A stretch of 64,000 nt of DNA, from NCBI GenBank assembly GCA_964188305.1, contig OZ076901.1; one strand, 5' to 3'. The stretch comes from Podarcis bocagei (Eukaryota). Positions within the stretch are counted from its first letter, which is position 1. Each line of letters starts with the position of its first letter. The notes beneath the pieces were generated by a model. The model was not told where the DNA came from, ran no database searches, and saw only the letters and a program-made list of their open reading frames with translations. Shown here piece by piece: positions 10,795 through 22,767 of this stretch. A program made the translations under genes and the position numbers.

Positions 10795-11105
10795 TACCGT
10801 AGTTTTCCGTGTGTAATATAAGCTTTTTTTTCTTTAAAAAGTAGGTTAAAAATTAGGGGGCACCTTATACACAGATAGGGCACAGGGGGTACATGGGATT
10901 GTTTGATGCTGGGAGCCAGAGATTGTCAGCGGCTATTGGTCGTGTTATTTGTGGCTGCGGCAGTTGTGTGGGTGATTGGTGGCTTTAGCGATGCGTTGTG
11001 AGTTGCAGGGCAGGTGGGTGAGCAATGTTTGGCAAACTCCCTCTCAAAAAAATTCAACAACTCTGGACCATACCCCACCCCCAAAAAGCTCAACTCTGGC
11101 AGTAC
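10795..11105. mobile_element. Degraded Tc1/mariner-superfamily (CCGTA-ended) non-autonomous element
   Basis: TA-CCGTAGTTTTCCGTGTG...AAAATTAGGGGGCACCTTATACACAGA, the same end architecture as the element ending at 62035. Right boundary is uncertain. Confidence 0.45.
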
Positions 11106-11143
11106 ACTATAATGGCCAAGACAATGTTGTGTTTGTCTTCCAG

Positions 11144-11269
11144 GTCTACAGATAAAGAAGTTTCCCCTCCCCCTGAAGAATGCCTTCAGCTTCTCAGCAG
11201 AGCGACTCAGGTGTTCAGGGAGGAATACATTCTGAAACAGGACTTGGCCCGAGAGGAGATCCAGCGAAG
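11144..11269 (+). CDS. NUP88: NUP88 exon 12 ([41 protein letters not shown])
   Basis: Acceptor ttccag, donor AG|GTAAAA; 126 nt. Confidence 0.96.
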
Positions 11270-12020
11270 GTAAAATGGGCCCTTGGCTTCTAAAACCTTG
11301 TTCTTCTTCCCTCCTGTTGCAGCAACAATTGGTCATTTTCTGATCCTGATCCTGCAATCTATTATCTGCCAACTTCATCAGATGTAATACAACAGGGACA
11401 AGAATCTCTAGTGAATAGGTTTCCTGCCCTTGGGAATTATTTACATTTTTCTGAAGAGCGTATCCCTGATTTGCTTTTATCATTGGGCTAATCGAAAGAG
11501 TGGCATAACTGGGTGGAAATCCCTGCCTTGTTTGCCCCCAACCCCTGCTCCAAAGGAAATACAATTGGTGGCAACGTTTGGCTTAATTTCAAAAGCCTTC
11601 TGCAAGCTGTCAGTTCTGTCCTCTGGCAAAGGAGAGTGAGGGTGTAATGCACCTACTCCGGCAGCCCTCTGGATTGGGGTGGGGAAAGGGGTTGGCCTGC
11701 CCACCATAGAATGCAGCCCCTAACAGACTATCAAGGGACTGTGCCCCCCCCCCAGGAAAAAGGTTGCCCGCCTCTGTTCTACAGCTAGGTCGTCATCCTC
11801 CCCCTTTCTCTCGTTTTCGGAACGGAGCAGTTAATAGCACAATTCCCCTTTCTGTAGAATGTGTGTCTTTAAATGTCTCCACCCCCGGTTAACCCCCATG
11901 TTCGTAATTTATTTTTCTCATTGAACAATGGGTTAGAGGTGTAGGGGAGAGCAGAAAGGCAAGCCAGGTTGCATCAAAAAACCTAACTGTTTGGCCATCC
12001 CTTCAACCCTTGCTCCTCAG

Positions 12021-12086
12021 AGTGAAATTGCTACGGGAACAGAAAAAGAAGCAGCTGGAAGATCTTGCCTACTGCCGAGAGGAAAG
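12021..12086 (+). CDS. NUP88: NUP88 exon 13 (VKLLREQKKKQLEDLAYCREE)
   Basis: Acceptor cctcag, donor AG|GTGAGG; 66 nt. Confidence 0.95.
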
Positions 12087-12154
12087 GTGAGGCAACCGTC
12101 TCTTTGCCTTTTAAGCTAGCTTGGCTGGTAGTTTAAAAGAAGTGGGTTGCCCCG

Positions 12155-12340
12155 TGGGAGCAGCTCAGAGCTCAGTGGTAGAGAACGTGCCTTGCATGTC
12201 AAAAATCTCTGGTTTAACCCCATCCATCACTAGTGAAAAACGATCTTGGGTATTAGGGCCGGGAAAGCCCTCCTGTGCAAGACCTTAAAGAGCTGCTATC
12301 AGCCAGAGTAGGCATCACTGAGCCTAGAAGGATCTGTAAG
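12155..12340 (+). mobile_element. Old tRNA-derived SINE (AGCTCAGTGGTAGAG head)
   Basis: A-box-like head and a body ending gagctgctatcagccagagtagg. Related copies at 35540-35730 (-), 46770-46905 (-), 50707-50830 (+) and 5040-5180. Confidence 0.55.
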
Positions 12341-14056
12341 GTACTTTTCAGAGCATCCTTTCCAGAGAGGTCCACCACGGTCCGATATTAGATACAGGTG
12401 TTTTACCGCAGGTTGAAACCCGAAGAGAGCTTCTAGGATTTGCTGATTTTGTTACTCTTCTTTTCCATGTGATTTAGTCCCCCCCTTTGTGTTCTTGTTC
12501 TAGTGATAGTTTAATACATTAGTGATGTTTTAGTGTAAGCTTGTTTTAAAGAAATGTGTTCCTAATAACTCTGAGGTGTCCACCAGACTTCTGCCACTTG
12601 GCTGCTTTTCATTATGCAGCTTTTAAGAATATAAGAAGAGCCCTGTACCGAAATTGGGCCCAAAGTAGCACTAGAAAATAATATTCTCCTGCTCATCTTT
12701 TTTTTTTTTTTAATTACTAGCTAAAAGTTCCTGTTGCTCAGGGATTCTTAGAAATCAAAAGATGCTGGTATTTTTAAATGGATAATGTAATTTGTAATTT
12801 CTAGGGCTCTTGATGCCACCTCCCAACACCCAGTTATATTTAAATAGAGACAAAACATCCTCCACCATCTCAGGAACTACCATGCCAGATCTGGAAATGT
12901 TAACCAGTGCAGTTTGGATCCAGGGTTGTCATGGCCCAACTTGGTTAAAGTCCAGATTGGCCTGATTTGGTATGGGATTCAGGCTTTCACTAAATCCAGT
13001 GCGCAAACCCTTTAATTTTCTGCCAGATTTTCTGACAGTATCCAAACCTAGACAAAAACCCACTCTGCCTCAAGAACCATCATGCCAAACTGGGCAACGA
13101 TGCCATCAGAGGTTTCCCAATTGACAGAGGTAGGAACAGTTAGTTCTGCCATCTTGATTCAAAATGGCAGCCGACTGTATCCAAGCATCAATGGAAGCTG
13201 GCTCCTTGGCCTCAGGCACTGTTGTACCAAGTTTGGCAATGACATCTTAAGAATGCCTAGAGAACATACAGGTGGGCAGACCACTCTCCAAAATATATAG
13301 TAGGCTAGAAAAAGTTTGTGGCTTTTATTTGCTTCTGGCTGTTTTTTATAACGTGTCGAACAACATCTGTTGGCATTGTCTTTTAATGGGACATAGAAGT
13401 TATCAGTGGGTAGTGCTGCTGGGATTTCCTGGACATTACTGGGATTTCAGTGGTGGAAGGTTTGGGGTTTAGTGGGGCACTTCAGTTATACGGGGACATG
13501 GATTCAATTACTTTCGGTTGTCTTATTTCACTGTACTCATAAAATCTCTACTTCCACATCTATCCCAAATATAAAGGTGTGGAAGAAAATTATCTGCTTA
13601 TTTCTTTGTTAGAGAAAGTCTCATTTGCTTTGCTATGAGTTGTCTTTTGCCATTGATGTCTATGGGAGACCCAGCTGCTCTTCTGCTGCCTGTCATTTCT
13701 ATGTTTTCCATCCGGTTGGCATGAAAATGCATTCCATGTCGATAACAGACCTGTCACATTCAGACAGAAAATCCCTTTATGAGCAGTTTTTAAAAGGCAC
13801 ACATAAAGCACACCACTGGCTAAGTTATAGTAACTGGTGTCCAGGATTTGGATGAGAGTCAAAATTTCCTAAAAACTCTCCTTTGCAGCCTCATGTAGAC
13901 GTGCCAGCTGCTGTTGGGAGACATGGAAAGAGAAGGCTGCACTGCCCTTTAGAACTGCTTTGTTTCATAAGAAACAACAAATAGACCCCACTTGTTCTGT
14001 TTTATGAGACAAATGCGCTCCACTATCCCAGAATAACATTTCCTCTTCACCCAAAG

Positions 14057-14137
14057 GAAAAGCTTGCGGGAGATGGCAGAGCGATTAGCTGACAAGTACG
14101 AGGAAGCGAAAGAGAAGCAGGAAGACATTGTGAACAG
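14057..14137 (+). CDS. NUP88: NUP88 exon 14 ([26 protein letters not shown])
   Basis: Acceptor ccaaag, donor AG|GTAAAA; 81 nt. Confidence 0.95.
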
Positions 14138-14767
14138 GTAAAAGGGCACACTCTTCACAAGCTTCTCTTGCTGGGGGCTGGAGCAAGAAAATGCCCATGC
14201 CTGTCTGATGCCAAGTATGCCTTGGGCTTGTGCTGAAGCCTTGTCCTTAAGATGTGCACCCTTCGGAATTGCTGGGCCTGAAATAATGATAAAGAAAGCC
14301 AGGTTGTGGAGAGGCATTTCAGCTGAGCAGCATTCAGCTTGGCAGCCAGCTGAACTAAACCTACAACTTAAGCTGCTGCTAACAGCTTCGTGCAAGTTTA
14401 TTCACTGACTAAAGCCTTTAAACCCGTGCTTAAAATGGCAGACATGCTCCCAAACAATGCGGTTGTCTTTGGAAGGGCAAGCTGTTTGGAATTGGCATTA
14501 TCTAGCCAAACCTACATCCCCTGATGTGTGCCTGAGTGGTCTCAGTGTATTAGCAGAGAGAGAATAGGTGAGCAACACAGTTGCAAGTGGATTGTGTGTG
14601 AAGTTAATGGGTCTCATTCTTTCTGAAAAGCAGTTGACAGAAGCTAACTTAATAAAGGAAGGGTTGGGAGCGCTTTGAAAGTAGGGGGTACCACAATTAA
14701 TGTGCATAATTTTGCATAACATTGATTAGAAAATAGGTAGTATGCAGTTTGTATATGCAGTTTAATA

Positions 14768-14850
14768 TTCAGTTGGGAGCCGCCCAGAGTGACTGGGGAA
14801 ACCCAGCCAGATGGGCAGGGTATAAATAATAAATTATTATTATTATTACT
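14768..14850 (+). mobile_element. LINE (L2-like) extreme 3' end with (TAT)n tail
   Basis: GGGAGCCGCCCAGAGTGACTGGGGAAACCCAGCCAGATGGGCAGGGTATAAATAATAAATTATTATT. Related fragment at about 50510-50557. Confidence 0.6.
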
Positions 14851-14874
14851 AGTCTTTGGACCTGCTTGGGAATA

Positions 14875-15077
14875 CAATGATACCTCAAGTTACAAACGCT
14901 TCAGGTTACAAACTCCACTAACCTGGAAGAGTTACCTTGAGTTGAGAACTTTGCCCCAGGATAAGAACGGAAACCGTGTGCCGACAGCACAGCAGCAGCA
15001 AGAGGCCCCATTAGCGAAAGCACACCTCTAGTTAAGAATGGACCTCTGGAATGAATTAGTAACTAGAGGTACCACTG
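14875..15077. mobile_element. Tigger/pogo-like MITE
   Basis: TIRs CAATGATACCTCAAGTTAC / GTAACTAGAGGTACCACTG; TA on the left. Confidence 0.7.
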
Positions 15078-15426
15078 ATATATAGCTTTGATGGCAACTT
15101 TCAGTGTTTTGAAAATAAGGACTGAATTTGTCTTTAGGAAATTATGCTTGTAGTGTAGGGTGACAGTTCCCTCTTCACTCCTGCTTAATTAGCACTTGAC
15201 AATGCAAGTTTGTCTTGGTTCTAAAAGCAGAATTTGCAAACAATTAACTTTGTCTACAAGTTGGGGATGGTCACACGTTACTCAACAAGTGTATAGTCTC
15301 TGTGCACAATAGAAGAGCTGCACGAATGAACTAGCATACACTTTCACAGTGTGCAGAGACCTCATATATCTGAATGTAACATATGAGTCAGCGTGTTGAC
15401 TCTGACGGTGGTATAGTAATATATTA

Positions 15427-15534
15427 AGTGGTGGTCAACTAAGTTGTCCTCAGAATAGACCCACTGAGTTGAATGAACATGATTAAGTTTGGTCCAGTTC
15501 AGTATTCTGAGTAAAACTTTGTTGAATACCATCC
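15427..15534. mobile_element. Palindromic MITE (GGGTGGTATTCAACT-type)
   Basis: Inverted ends gtggtggtcaactaag / tttgttgaataccatcc. Family members at about 5570-5640, 28721-28828 and 60928-61042. Confidence 0.6.
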
Positions 15535-15947
15535 ATGGTCAGTAAACGTGGGTTTAATTCCCTCCTCCTCAGCTACTTTTGCTATGATATTGTCTGATTC
15601 ACATTCTTTCAGAATTTTCAGGTAGGACTTATAATTGGTATCTGGCAAACCTTTTGGCAAATTATTTGAACATATTATTATGTCGCTAAACTTCTGGCTG
15701 AAAAAAAATGTAAAGAAAATTTCCCTGATTAAACCTTTTTCTGTCCGGCTGCTGTTACAGTTTCTAACGGCTGTGTTGTTTCTTTTTTTAATCTACTTTT
15801 AATGTTGTATAGCTTATTTTAGACATGCTTCAGATGTTCCTCACATCTTGTATCGTGGATATACATGGCTGCTGGTTTTATCTTGTTCTAGTCTGTGACT
15901 GCATAATAAAAAGATTGATTGACTGACACTGTCTTTGTGGGCTGAAG

Positions 15948-16074
15948 GATGAAGAAGGTACTGCGTAACTTCCACTCTCAGCTGCCTGTCTTGTCAGATA
16001 GTGAAAAGGACATGAAGAAGGAACTACAGACAATCGAAGAACAACTGCGGCACTTGGGAAATGCTATCCGGCAA
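15948..16074 (+). CDS. NUP88: NUP88 exon 15 ([27 protein letters not shown]...GNAIRQ)
   Basis: Acceptor ctgaag, donor CAA|GTAAGT; 127 nt. Confidence 0.94.
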
Positions 16075-16293
16075 GTAAGTGTGGATGTGCATTGTTTTTG
16101 TAACGTTTGGCTGTTTTTGTATACGTAATGCTTAGGAATTATCAAGTGATCTAAAAAGCCTTTAAAAAATAAATAAGTAGAAGAGGGTGGGAGCTAGAGG
16201 CACTGCACATGAAGCTGGAAGGCAGTATTTGAAACACTTTCTCAAGGGTTTTTGAAGCATCTGTCTCTTGCGCTATTTACTGCTTGCCTTTAG

Positions 16294-16412
16294 GTTAAAA
16301 TGAAAAAGGATTATCAGCAGAGAAAAATGGAGAAGGGGACCAGTCCGCGGAAGCCTAGCATCAACCTTAACACCTATCAGAGGAAATGCATCCAAGCAGT
16401 TCTGAAAGAGGA
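16294..16412 (+). CDS. NUP88: NUP88 exon 16 (VKMKKDYQQ...[12 protein letters not shown])
   Basis: Acceptor ctttag, donor GA|GTAAGT; 119 nt. Confidence 0.95.
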
Positions 16413-16960
16413 GTAAGTGGGCGCTTGCACTTTGAAACACTTGGCAAATGAACAGCGAGCGAGTCATGAGGCCCACCTCTTAGCTGCTGAGTTGTTGTGC
16501 TGCCGCTGTACTTTGAAGCAGTGATGTTGAGGGGTTGTACACATGGGGTAAGAGGGTGCTGAAGTAAGAGGGTCCCACCAGTATTGACACTGTGCCAGCT
16601 GTGAAAGACACACCTGCTCAGACAAACATTCCCCTTTCAACCCAATTTGAACCTCCTGCTTCACTCTTCCAATTGTTGCGCTGCTTGTTTCGTTATACAT
16701 TTTAAGTGCAGTTGTTTCCGTGCTTAGATTAAATTGTTATCGTGTACGTTAATTGTATTTTTGGCAATTGGTTTTATACTGGCAAGCTGCCCAGAAGCAG
16801 TATATAAATTAATAAATGCTTGTTTGCTAGTGTAGCCGCTTGCAGTTGTGGAGGTGAAAACCCCACCCGGGAAAGTTGTGTGTTGCGCTCTGTTTTTCAT
16901 GCCTTCTGCTCAGAATGGCTGAAGTCACTGAAGTGCTTTCTCTTTCTCTCTCTGATGCAG

Positions 16961-17024
16961 GGGAGAACACATCCAGGCGATGGTGAAACAGATAAATGAT
17001 GTCAGAAACCATGTGACCTTTTAG
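16961..17024 (+). CDS. NUP88: NUP88 exon 17, last coding exon (GEHIQAMVKQINDVRNHVTF*)
   Basis: Acceptor with a long pyrimidine tract ending atgcag; TAG at 17022-17024. Confidence 0.95.
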
Positions 17025-17145
17025 ATCCGTCACGAATGGTGTAAAGCAAACTCATGAAACATGAAGGGAATGCAAACTGCCTTTCTCCTACTTTATACGT
17101 TGGTTCCTTGTGTTATTTTTTTATATATAAAACATCTCTGTTGTG

Positions 17146-17151
17146 AATAAA
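17146..17151 (+). terminator. NUP88 polyadenylation signal AATAAA
   Basis: First AATAAA after the stop (about 120 nt downstream), in a U-rich context. Confidence 0.75.
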
Positions 17152-17399
17152 TACTTTTTTTGAAAGCTCGTCTCACTTCTAAATCTAGGCTTAGACTATT
17201 TGGTATGATGTACTGCTGTTGCTTCTCCAGAAGGCAAAACACGAAGAATCCTGCCAATTGATCTTGGGCATAATCACCAGGATTACTCTGAAAGTCTCTT
17301 TACAGAACTGATTAATTCCCCACACACCAAAGGAGAACGCACAAGCACGGTTTTACCCCTAGATATTGCAGGTGCCATATTAAGGTCAGTGCTGCTCAT

Positions 17400-20300
17400 G
17401 TATTCAAGTTTTTTTGCAGCATTTACATAACAGCAAAATGTCAGCCTGTTTTCTCCCAATTTAATTCAAGTCTCCCCCTTGTCCAGTAAGTAAAAAACCA
17501 TATTGCCAATTACCCATTTGCAAATTAAGTCCCTACCCCATATCTTTTTAAAGAAAATCTATACCTTACTTACTAGAACAGAAAACCTCTAAGCGGATGT
17601 TAATCCTTGCCTTTCTAGATCTTACTGTATTTACGCAAATCTAATGTGCCATCGAATCTACTGCACACCACAATTTTCAAAAACATTGAAACCCAAAAAC
17701 TATTTGCTGGTGGCATCAAATTTTTGCGACGTAATTTGGCCAAAAAACGTGTGTATTACATTTGAGTAAATACAGTAATTTGCCCTCTATGCAACCTGCA
17801 CTTCACTTCTGCGCATAAAAGCAAGTCAGAACTTGCCATGATGTCATAAGGATGATTTAACACAGGATAATAATGGAAACAAATCCTTAGGCTCAGTGAT
17901 GAACAGAACACTAGACTGGTCCCTCTTTCTAGCCTCATGACCTAACATTCACCTGGGCAGAAAGGAAGTATGAGAAGGATCACAAAATACTTTTTACCTC
18001 CTTTAATTTGGAACACTTCTTAAGGATACACCTTCAAATACAGTTAACAAATGGTTACATTTCTGAATTTGGTAGACAGGAGAATTTTACATCCACAGTT
18101 TCACAGGACACCAGAGGCTTGGTTCATTGGAATGTAGTATTCCAGACACTCATTTGGAATTTTAAAGGCTTAACTAATTTTTTTCTTAAGGGACTATATT
18201 TATAGATGACTTGCCTGCCTCCTACCCTTATTCTTATCCAAACCATGCTTTAAGAGGTTGTATAGCAATGGCACAGGAGTCAAGTAAAGATGTTAACAGG
18301 TTAGACATGCTGCAAGAACTTATTTTGCACATATTAAGACTGTACAAGTATACAGAACAGAGCTAAAACTTGCAGGCTTTTTCTCTTAAATTCTGCACAC
18401 AGCCCCTTTCTGAAGAGTTACTGTATTATATTCCCTGTTTGTAGTAGCTAAGGCTCAGTGCGTAACCCTGAAAGCCAATGGTACAAATTAAGCAATCCTT
18501 TACAGCAAGAGAGCCAGGACCTAAGGTCAGATGGGCACAACTTTCCCTTTTAAAAAAGAAGGGGGGGAGGGAGAGCTTAATTATAGAAGAAATTATGTCC
18601 ACAATTAAATCATTTACTTTCACTGAGGATTTCCCGGCATTGAACAAAATTATTTTCCCTTTTCTAAATTATTTGGACGGCTTCTTTAATTCATCCTGTG
18701 TGTATCTTGGGTTCTAGGTTTGAGAATTTCTGCATTACACTGTCAATCTTCTGTTAATTTAGTTACAACTATGAAAGTTTTAAAATCTAGTACTGCTGAT
18801 CTATTCCCCTGCCCTCAGGAGCTGAAAACATACTTCCCCTCTTGTCTCTGAAGCCATGCTAGGCATCTGGATGGGAAAACCTGGTTAATCAAGCACCTGA
18901 CCTCACAACTCTTCAATGCATAAGCTGTAACAAGTTCAGTAATGGTCTTATTGTGCTACTCTACGTGCTATATCGTTATCTTCTTATTTAACCAGTTTCT
19001 AACCACTTCGAGACAGTTAAATAAAACTGACTAGTTGGTGCTTTTCCAAAGATGGCTCACCAGAGAAGGTGGACAGGAGAGTCACTAAATCCATCCTGAC
19101 TCATACTGAAAAAGATTTAGCAATGTTGAAATGGCAGGAGCAAAACAGGGAGAGTTAGCCTCAGGCATGCTTGAAGAAATAGGAAAACCTCCCCTACAGC
19201 CTCTAGGACCGAATTAACGATCCAAAGAAACTTGTCAATGCAGACTAGGTTCTTCTCTCCCAATCCTACTGGTTGCAAATGTTCCTTGCAGCAGTAGGCA
19301 TCCTAACCTTGCCATTTCTTTACTGCTGCAGTATTCCACCCCTCCCATAAACACACACACATACACACAAACAGACTGGATTCCACAAGTGTTTTCTGAT
19401 TCTGTAGCAATTATGTGGGTGGAACCACACTGAGCAAGAGACTCCCCATAGGAGATAGCTTCCAGCACAACAGAAACCTGCAGAACAGCCAAAGTGACTG
19501 ATTACTTCTGGCCCCAAGTGGTTAAGTCTGGAATGGGACCCTTGGCAGGAGCAGGGTGGGGCAAGGAACTCTGGTAATTCCTCCTCTTACACTGATAAAA
19601 TATGAAGCGGAATTTCAGATCACTAGTTGTTTGGGAAATAATCAGGTAATGGTGAACATGATTATATTAAGGACCATGCTAGGCTCATTCCAGCAAATCA
19701 GCTTCATGGAGCAATGGCTGGTCTTTCAGTAGCAGGAACAGAAAGGGAAAGGGGAGATGGGCTGCTCTTTGCACCCAAAGCACCTCCCTGTTGAAGGTGA
19801 TCTGTTCTGCTACAGGAAAAAGCTAGGAATGCAAGGGAGCTACAGCTCATGGATACAGCACGCCTTGCCCATTTCACACAACCCTTCTTCTAAGATGCAC
19901 TTTCTAGGAAGTAATACGCTCTTACTGGAAATGCAGGGAATCATGGTTGAGAGAAAGCAAAAATACTTTTGATACGTTCGAACCTGCAAATAAGGTTTAT
20001 TTCATGGTGGCTCTGCCTCAAAGCCTGTTTCTTCCAAATTCTGCAGTACATTCCACCCCTGCCTTCATGCTCAAATGGTTAGATGCAGAGGGCAAATGAG
20101 TTGCATGGAGGTCCCACTGATTTACAACAGGGCCAGACCATGATCAGCTTCCAACCCAAAGTCCACAGCAAGGGGAGTCTGCATCTCAAGTGGCATATCC
20201 AAGAATGATTCCATTGAAGCTTAACCGCCATTTCAGAATCTGTTTTAAAAGAGCGGCATATTTTACAGCTTCTAAATCTGTGAGTCTGAAAAGCACCTAC

Positions 20301-21403
20301 TCCACTTTTTGGTGGCGGTGCCTTGAAATCGACATGTTTGTTTTATTAAAGAGTCATAAAAAAACCTAATTCCATCCTCTGTCCTTTGTATTCAGATTAA
20401 ATACCCCCCCCCAAAACACACACACACACACTTCAAGGGAAGAAATGGTGGGATATAGCTCCCTCCCATAAATGAAAAGATCCTAAATTTCAGCTCAACT
20501 AGGGCAGGATATCTTTGCCTGCCACCTCTGAAATAAAGGCAACACCAAAAGTGTTGTTTTCAAACTACTCCTGCAGCCGTTCCAGGGTGCATTTGCCACC
20601 CATTCTCTTGCCCCAACAATCTGCAGGGCGAGGCTTTTTAATTCTAGTGGTCACTTTCCCCCGAAGGCCAAGTCCTCTCTTTCGACAACTTCAGAGCCTT
20701 CTCATCTACACTGCCCCCCATCCCCTGAACATCCTGTCCCATCACACTTTTCAACAGCAATTGGTCTCCTCCTGCACAACATACAAGATACAATGTGTGC
20801 ACCGAGCTCAAAAACCCCAAATCCAGTGTCCTGCAGATAAATTCATATTTTAATATAAAATATTCATACAGCATGCTAGACCAGCATCTGCCTAGCCTGC
20901 TCTCTCACTCAATACCCCTGGGTAGCCCTTCAGTCTTCATTGGGGTGGAGTTCAACAGCTTCACTCCAAAATATGGTTTGGGGAGAAGGGGAGATTTGAT
21001 TTGCCGAACTACCTTCACCACAATATTTTGTTTTTAATGGGAAGAGGTGAGAGAAAGAAGAGAGCCGAATTCCAGAGTAGGGGTGGAGGTGAGAGAGGGA
21101 GGATAGGGTGGTTATTTTGACAAGTCCGGTCCCCCACTAAAGCCCCCCCCCCCCAAAGCATCTTGCTCATCTCTCCATCTGACGCTTTTCTGCCTCCAAC
21201 ACAAAGCCATCTCTCCCTTCCAGAAACACAGCCTGGATCATTGTTCCCCTGTGTCATCTTCTGCTTCTTTCAGTTAAGAGTTAAATAATAATTATTAAAT
21301 GTTTTGCTATAAAGATGAGGGTTTTTCTTTAAAAAAAAAACCCAGAAACAAACACAAAACAAAACAAAAAAATTGCAGCCTTAGAGCCCTGCTATGGAGG
21401 GTG
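17400..21403 (-). other. Probable long RABEP1 3'UTR (3' end uncertain)
   Basis: Lies downstream of the RABEP1 stop and has no recognisable TEs. Minus-strand poly(A) signals: AATAAA at 20342-20347 and 19996-20001; ATTAAA at 18002-18007 and 17460-17465. Confidence 0.55.
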
Positions 21404-21505
21404 TCATGTTTCAGGCAGTTGATTAATGTCTGTCAGTTTTGTGTCGTTGAGGATCACACGGATTCTCTCCAGGGAATCTGCCTGCCGGATCCGTTCCAGT
21501 TGGAC
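21404..21505 (-). CDS. RABEP1: RABEP1 exon 18, last (VQLERIRQADSLERIRVILNDTKLTDINQLPET*)
   Basis: Acceptor cctag; TGA at 21406-21404; 102 nt. Confidence 0.96.
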   Translation of the reverse strand, partial: VQLERIRQADSLERIRVILNDTKLTDINQLPET

Positions 21506-21804
21506 CTAGGGGGAAAAATTATTTGGTTCATTATATCTGGGTTCCCAGCCCTTAGATCATAAAAATACTGTAAACTGCTATGAAAAACCCGTCAGCCCAT
21601 ACGGATTGTTTTCTGTTGGGCTGCTAAAACCGATCAATAGGTGGGAAACATTTTTAATGAATGGGAGCACATTTTAATCAGAGGGGGAGAAATTAAAAAG
21701 GCTATTTGGGTTCTGGGGTGTTACTGTAATGAGATGATAAAGATGGACTTTCTTTAGAATATGGTTTAACTAACATAAAACAGTGTAAATTATTCCACAA
21801 TTGC

Positions 21805-21806
21805 TA

Positions 21807-21865
<59 letters not shown>
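21805..21865. repeat. (TAT)n microsatellite
   Basis: About 20 TAT units in RABEP1 intron 17. Confidence 0.95.
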
Positions 21866-22045
21866 CTCTGTCAGATGCACTAAGTGACCATAATAATAAT
21901 CAAGGCAACTAGCTGTCGATTTACTACTATTACTCAGGCATTAGAGCCCACCCAGTCCAGCTTTGGCTTTCCGGAGTCTGGAAAATCTCTTCTGAATCTC
22001 CCCTTGGTTTATTCAGTGCCTCACCAGTTGTGCCAACAACCCTAC

Positions 22046-22162
22046 CTGAAGGGTCTGCGAAAGCTTCACAAAATCTCTCTGCACTTGCTCACTAACATCC
22101 AGTTCCGTCTGCAGCCGCTGAGCTTTGTTCTTCTCCTCAAACATCAGCTGCTCCAGGTTTGC
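22046..22162 (-). CDS. RABEP1: RABEP1 exon 17 (ANLEQLMFEEKNKAQRLQTELDVSEQVQRDFVKLSQTLQ)
   Basis: Acceptor tttcag, donor GTAGGG; 117 nt. Confidence 0.96.
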
Positions 22163-22301
22163 CTGAAACAAGTTTTTATTTGCATGAAAGGGCTTATCAT
22201 TGCACTGTAAGATGGCCCTGATGGTCAGGGGGGCATTGGAGTGGTAAATAATGGGCCCCCTTTTTTTTACACGAACACACCCTATTTTCACTAATAGTTA
22301 C

Positions 22302-22400
22302 CTTTGCAGCCAACTCCTTCTTCAGCTGCTCCTCAAGGCTGTTTCTCCTTTCCTGCAAGCTTTCCAGCTGTTGGTTTTTCTCCTTCAAGGTGGATTCCAA
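22302..22400 (-). CDS. RABEP1: RABEP1 exon 16 (LESTLKEKNQQLESLQE...KKELAAK)
   Basis: Acceptor tcccag, donor GTAACT; 99 nt. Confidence 0.95.
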
Positions 22401-22711
22401 CTGGGAAATCAAGAATAAGTTGCATAAGGTTCAACACTGCCCTTGTCTGGCATTCACCTGCATGAATTGACTGCAAGTTAACTAAATCTTACAATTCCCT
22501 GGCCTTTAAAAAAAATGAGAATGGAGAAACCTGCAGTCAATGAACACTCTCCTTTACTGAACAACCCCAGAAAACTTAGGCCAACTGCAACTCCTGGGCA
22601 AGTGACGCCCACCCGCTCTACAGGGGCTGCTGCTACAAGGTGGACAGAGAGAGGCTGTTTTTCACCAGAGCATGTCAAACAGCCCCTAAAGCATCCAGGT
22701 GGAACCCTTAC

Positions 22712-22767
22712 CTGCTCCTTCCCTGCTTTTATTCTCTCCAGTTCTGTTTTCAGATTGGAAGCAGCAG
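22712..22767 (-). CDS. RABEP1: RABEP1 exon 15 (AAASNLKTELERIKAGKEQ)
   Basis: Acceptor ttacag, donor GTAAGG; 56 nt. Confidence 0.93.

Larger units (their letters stand above)
76..17024 (+). other. NUP88: NUP88 gene span (nucleoporin 88), 17 coding exons, 731 aa
   Basis: Exons join in frame through GT-AG introns to 2196 nt. The peptides match vertebrate Nup88 (N-terminal beta-propeller plus C-terminal coiled coil). Confidence 0.97.

Noticed and set aside
10926-11564. 212-aa minus-strand ORF
   Set aside because: Antisense shadow of NUP88 exon 12 plus transposon remnant, with no protein-like features.
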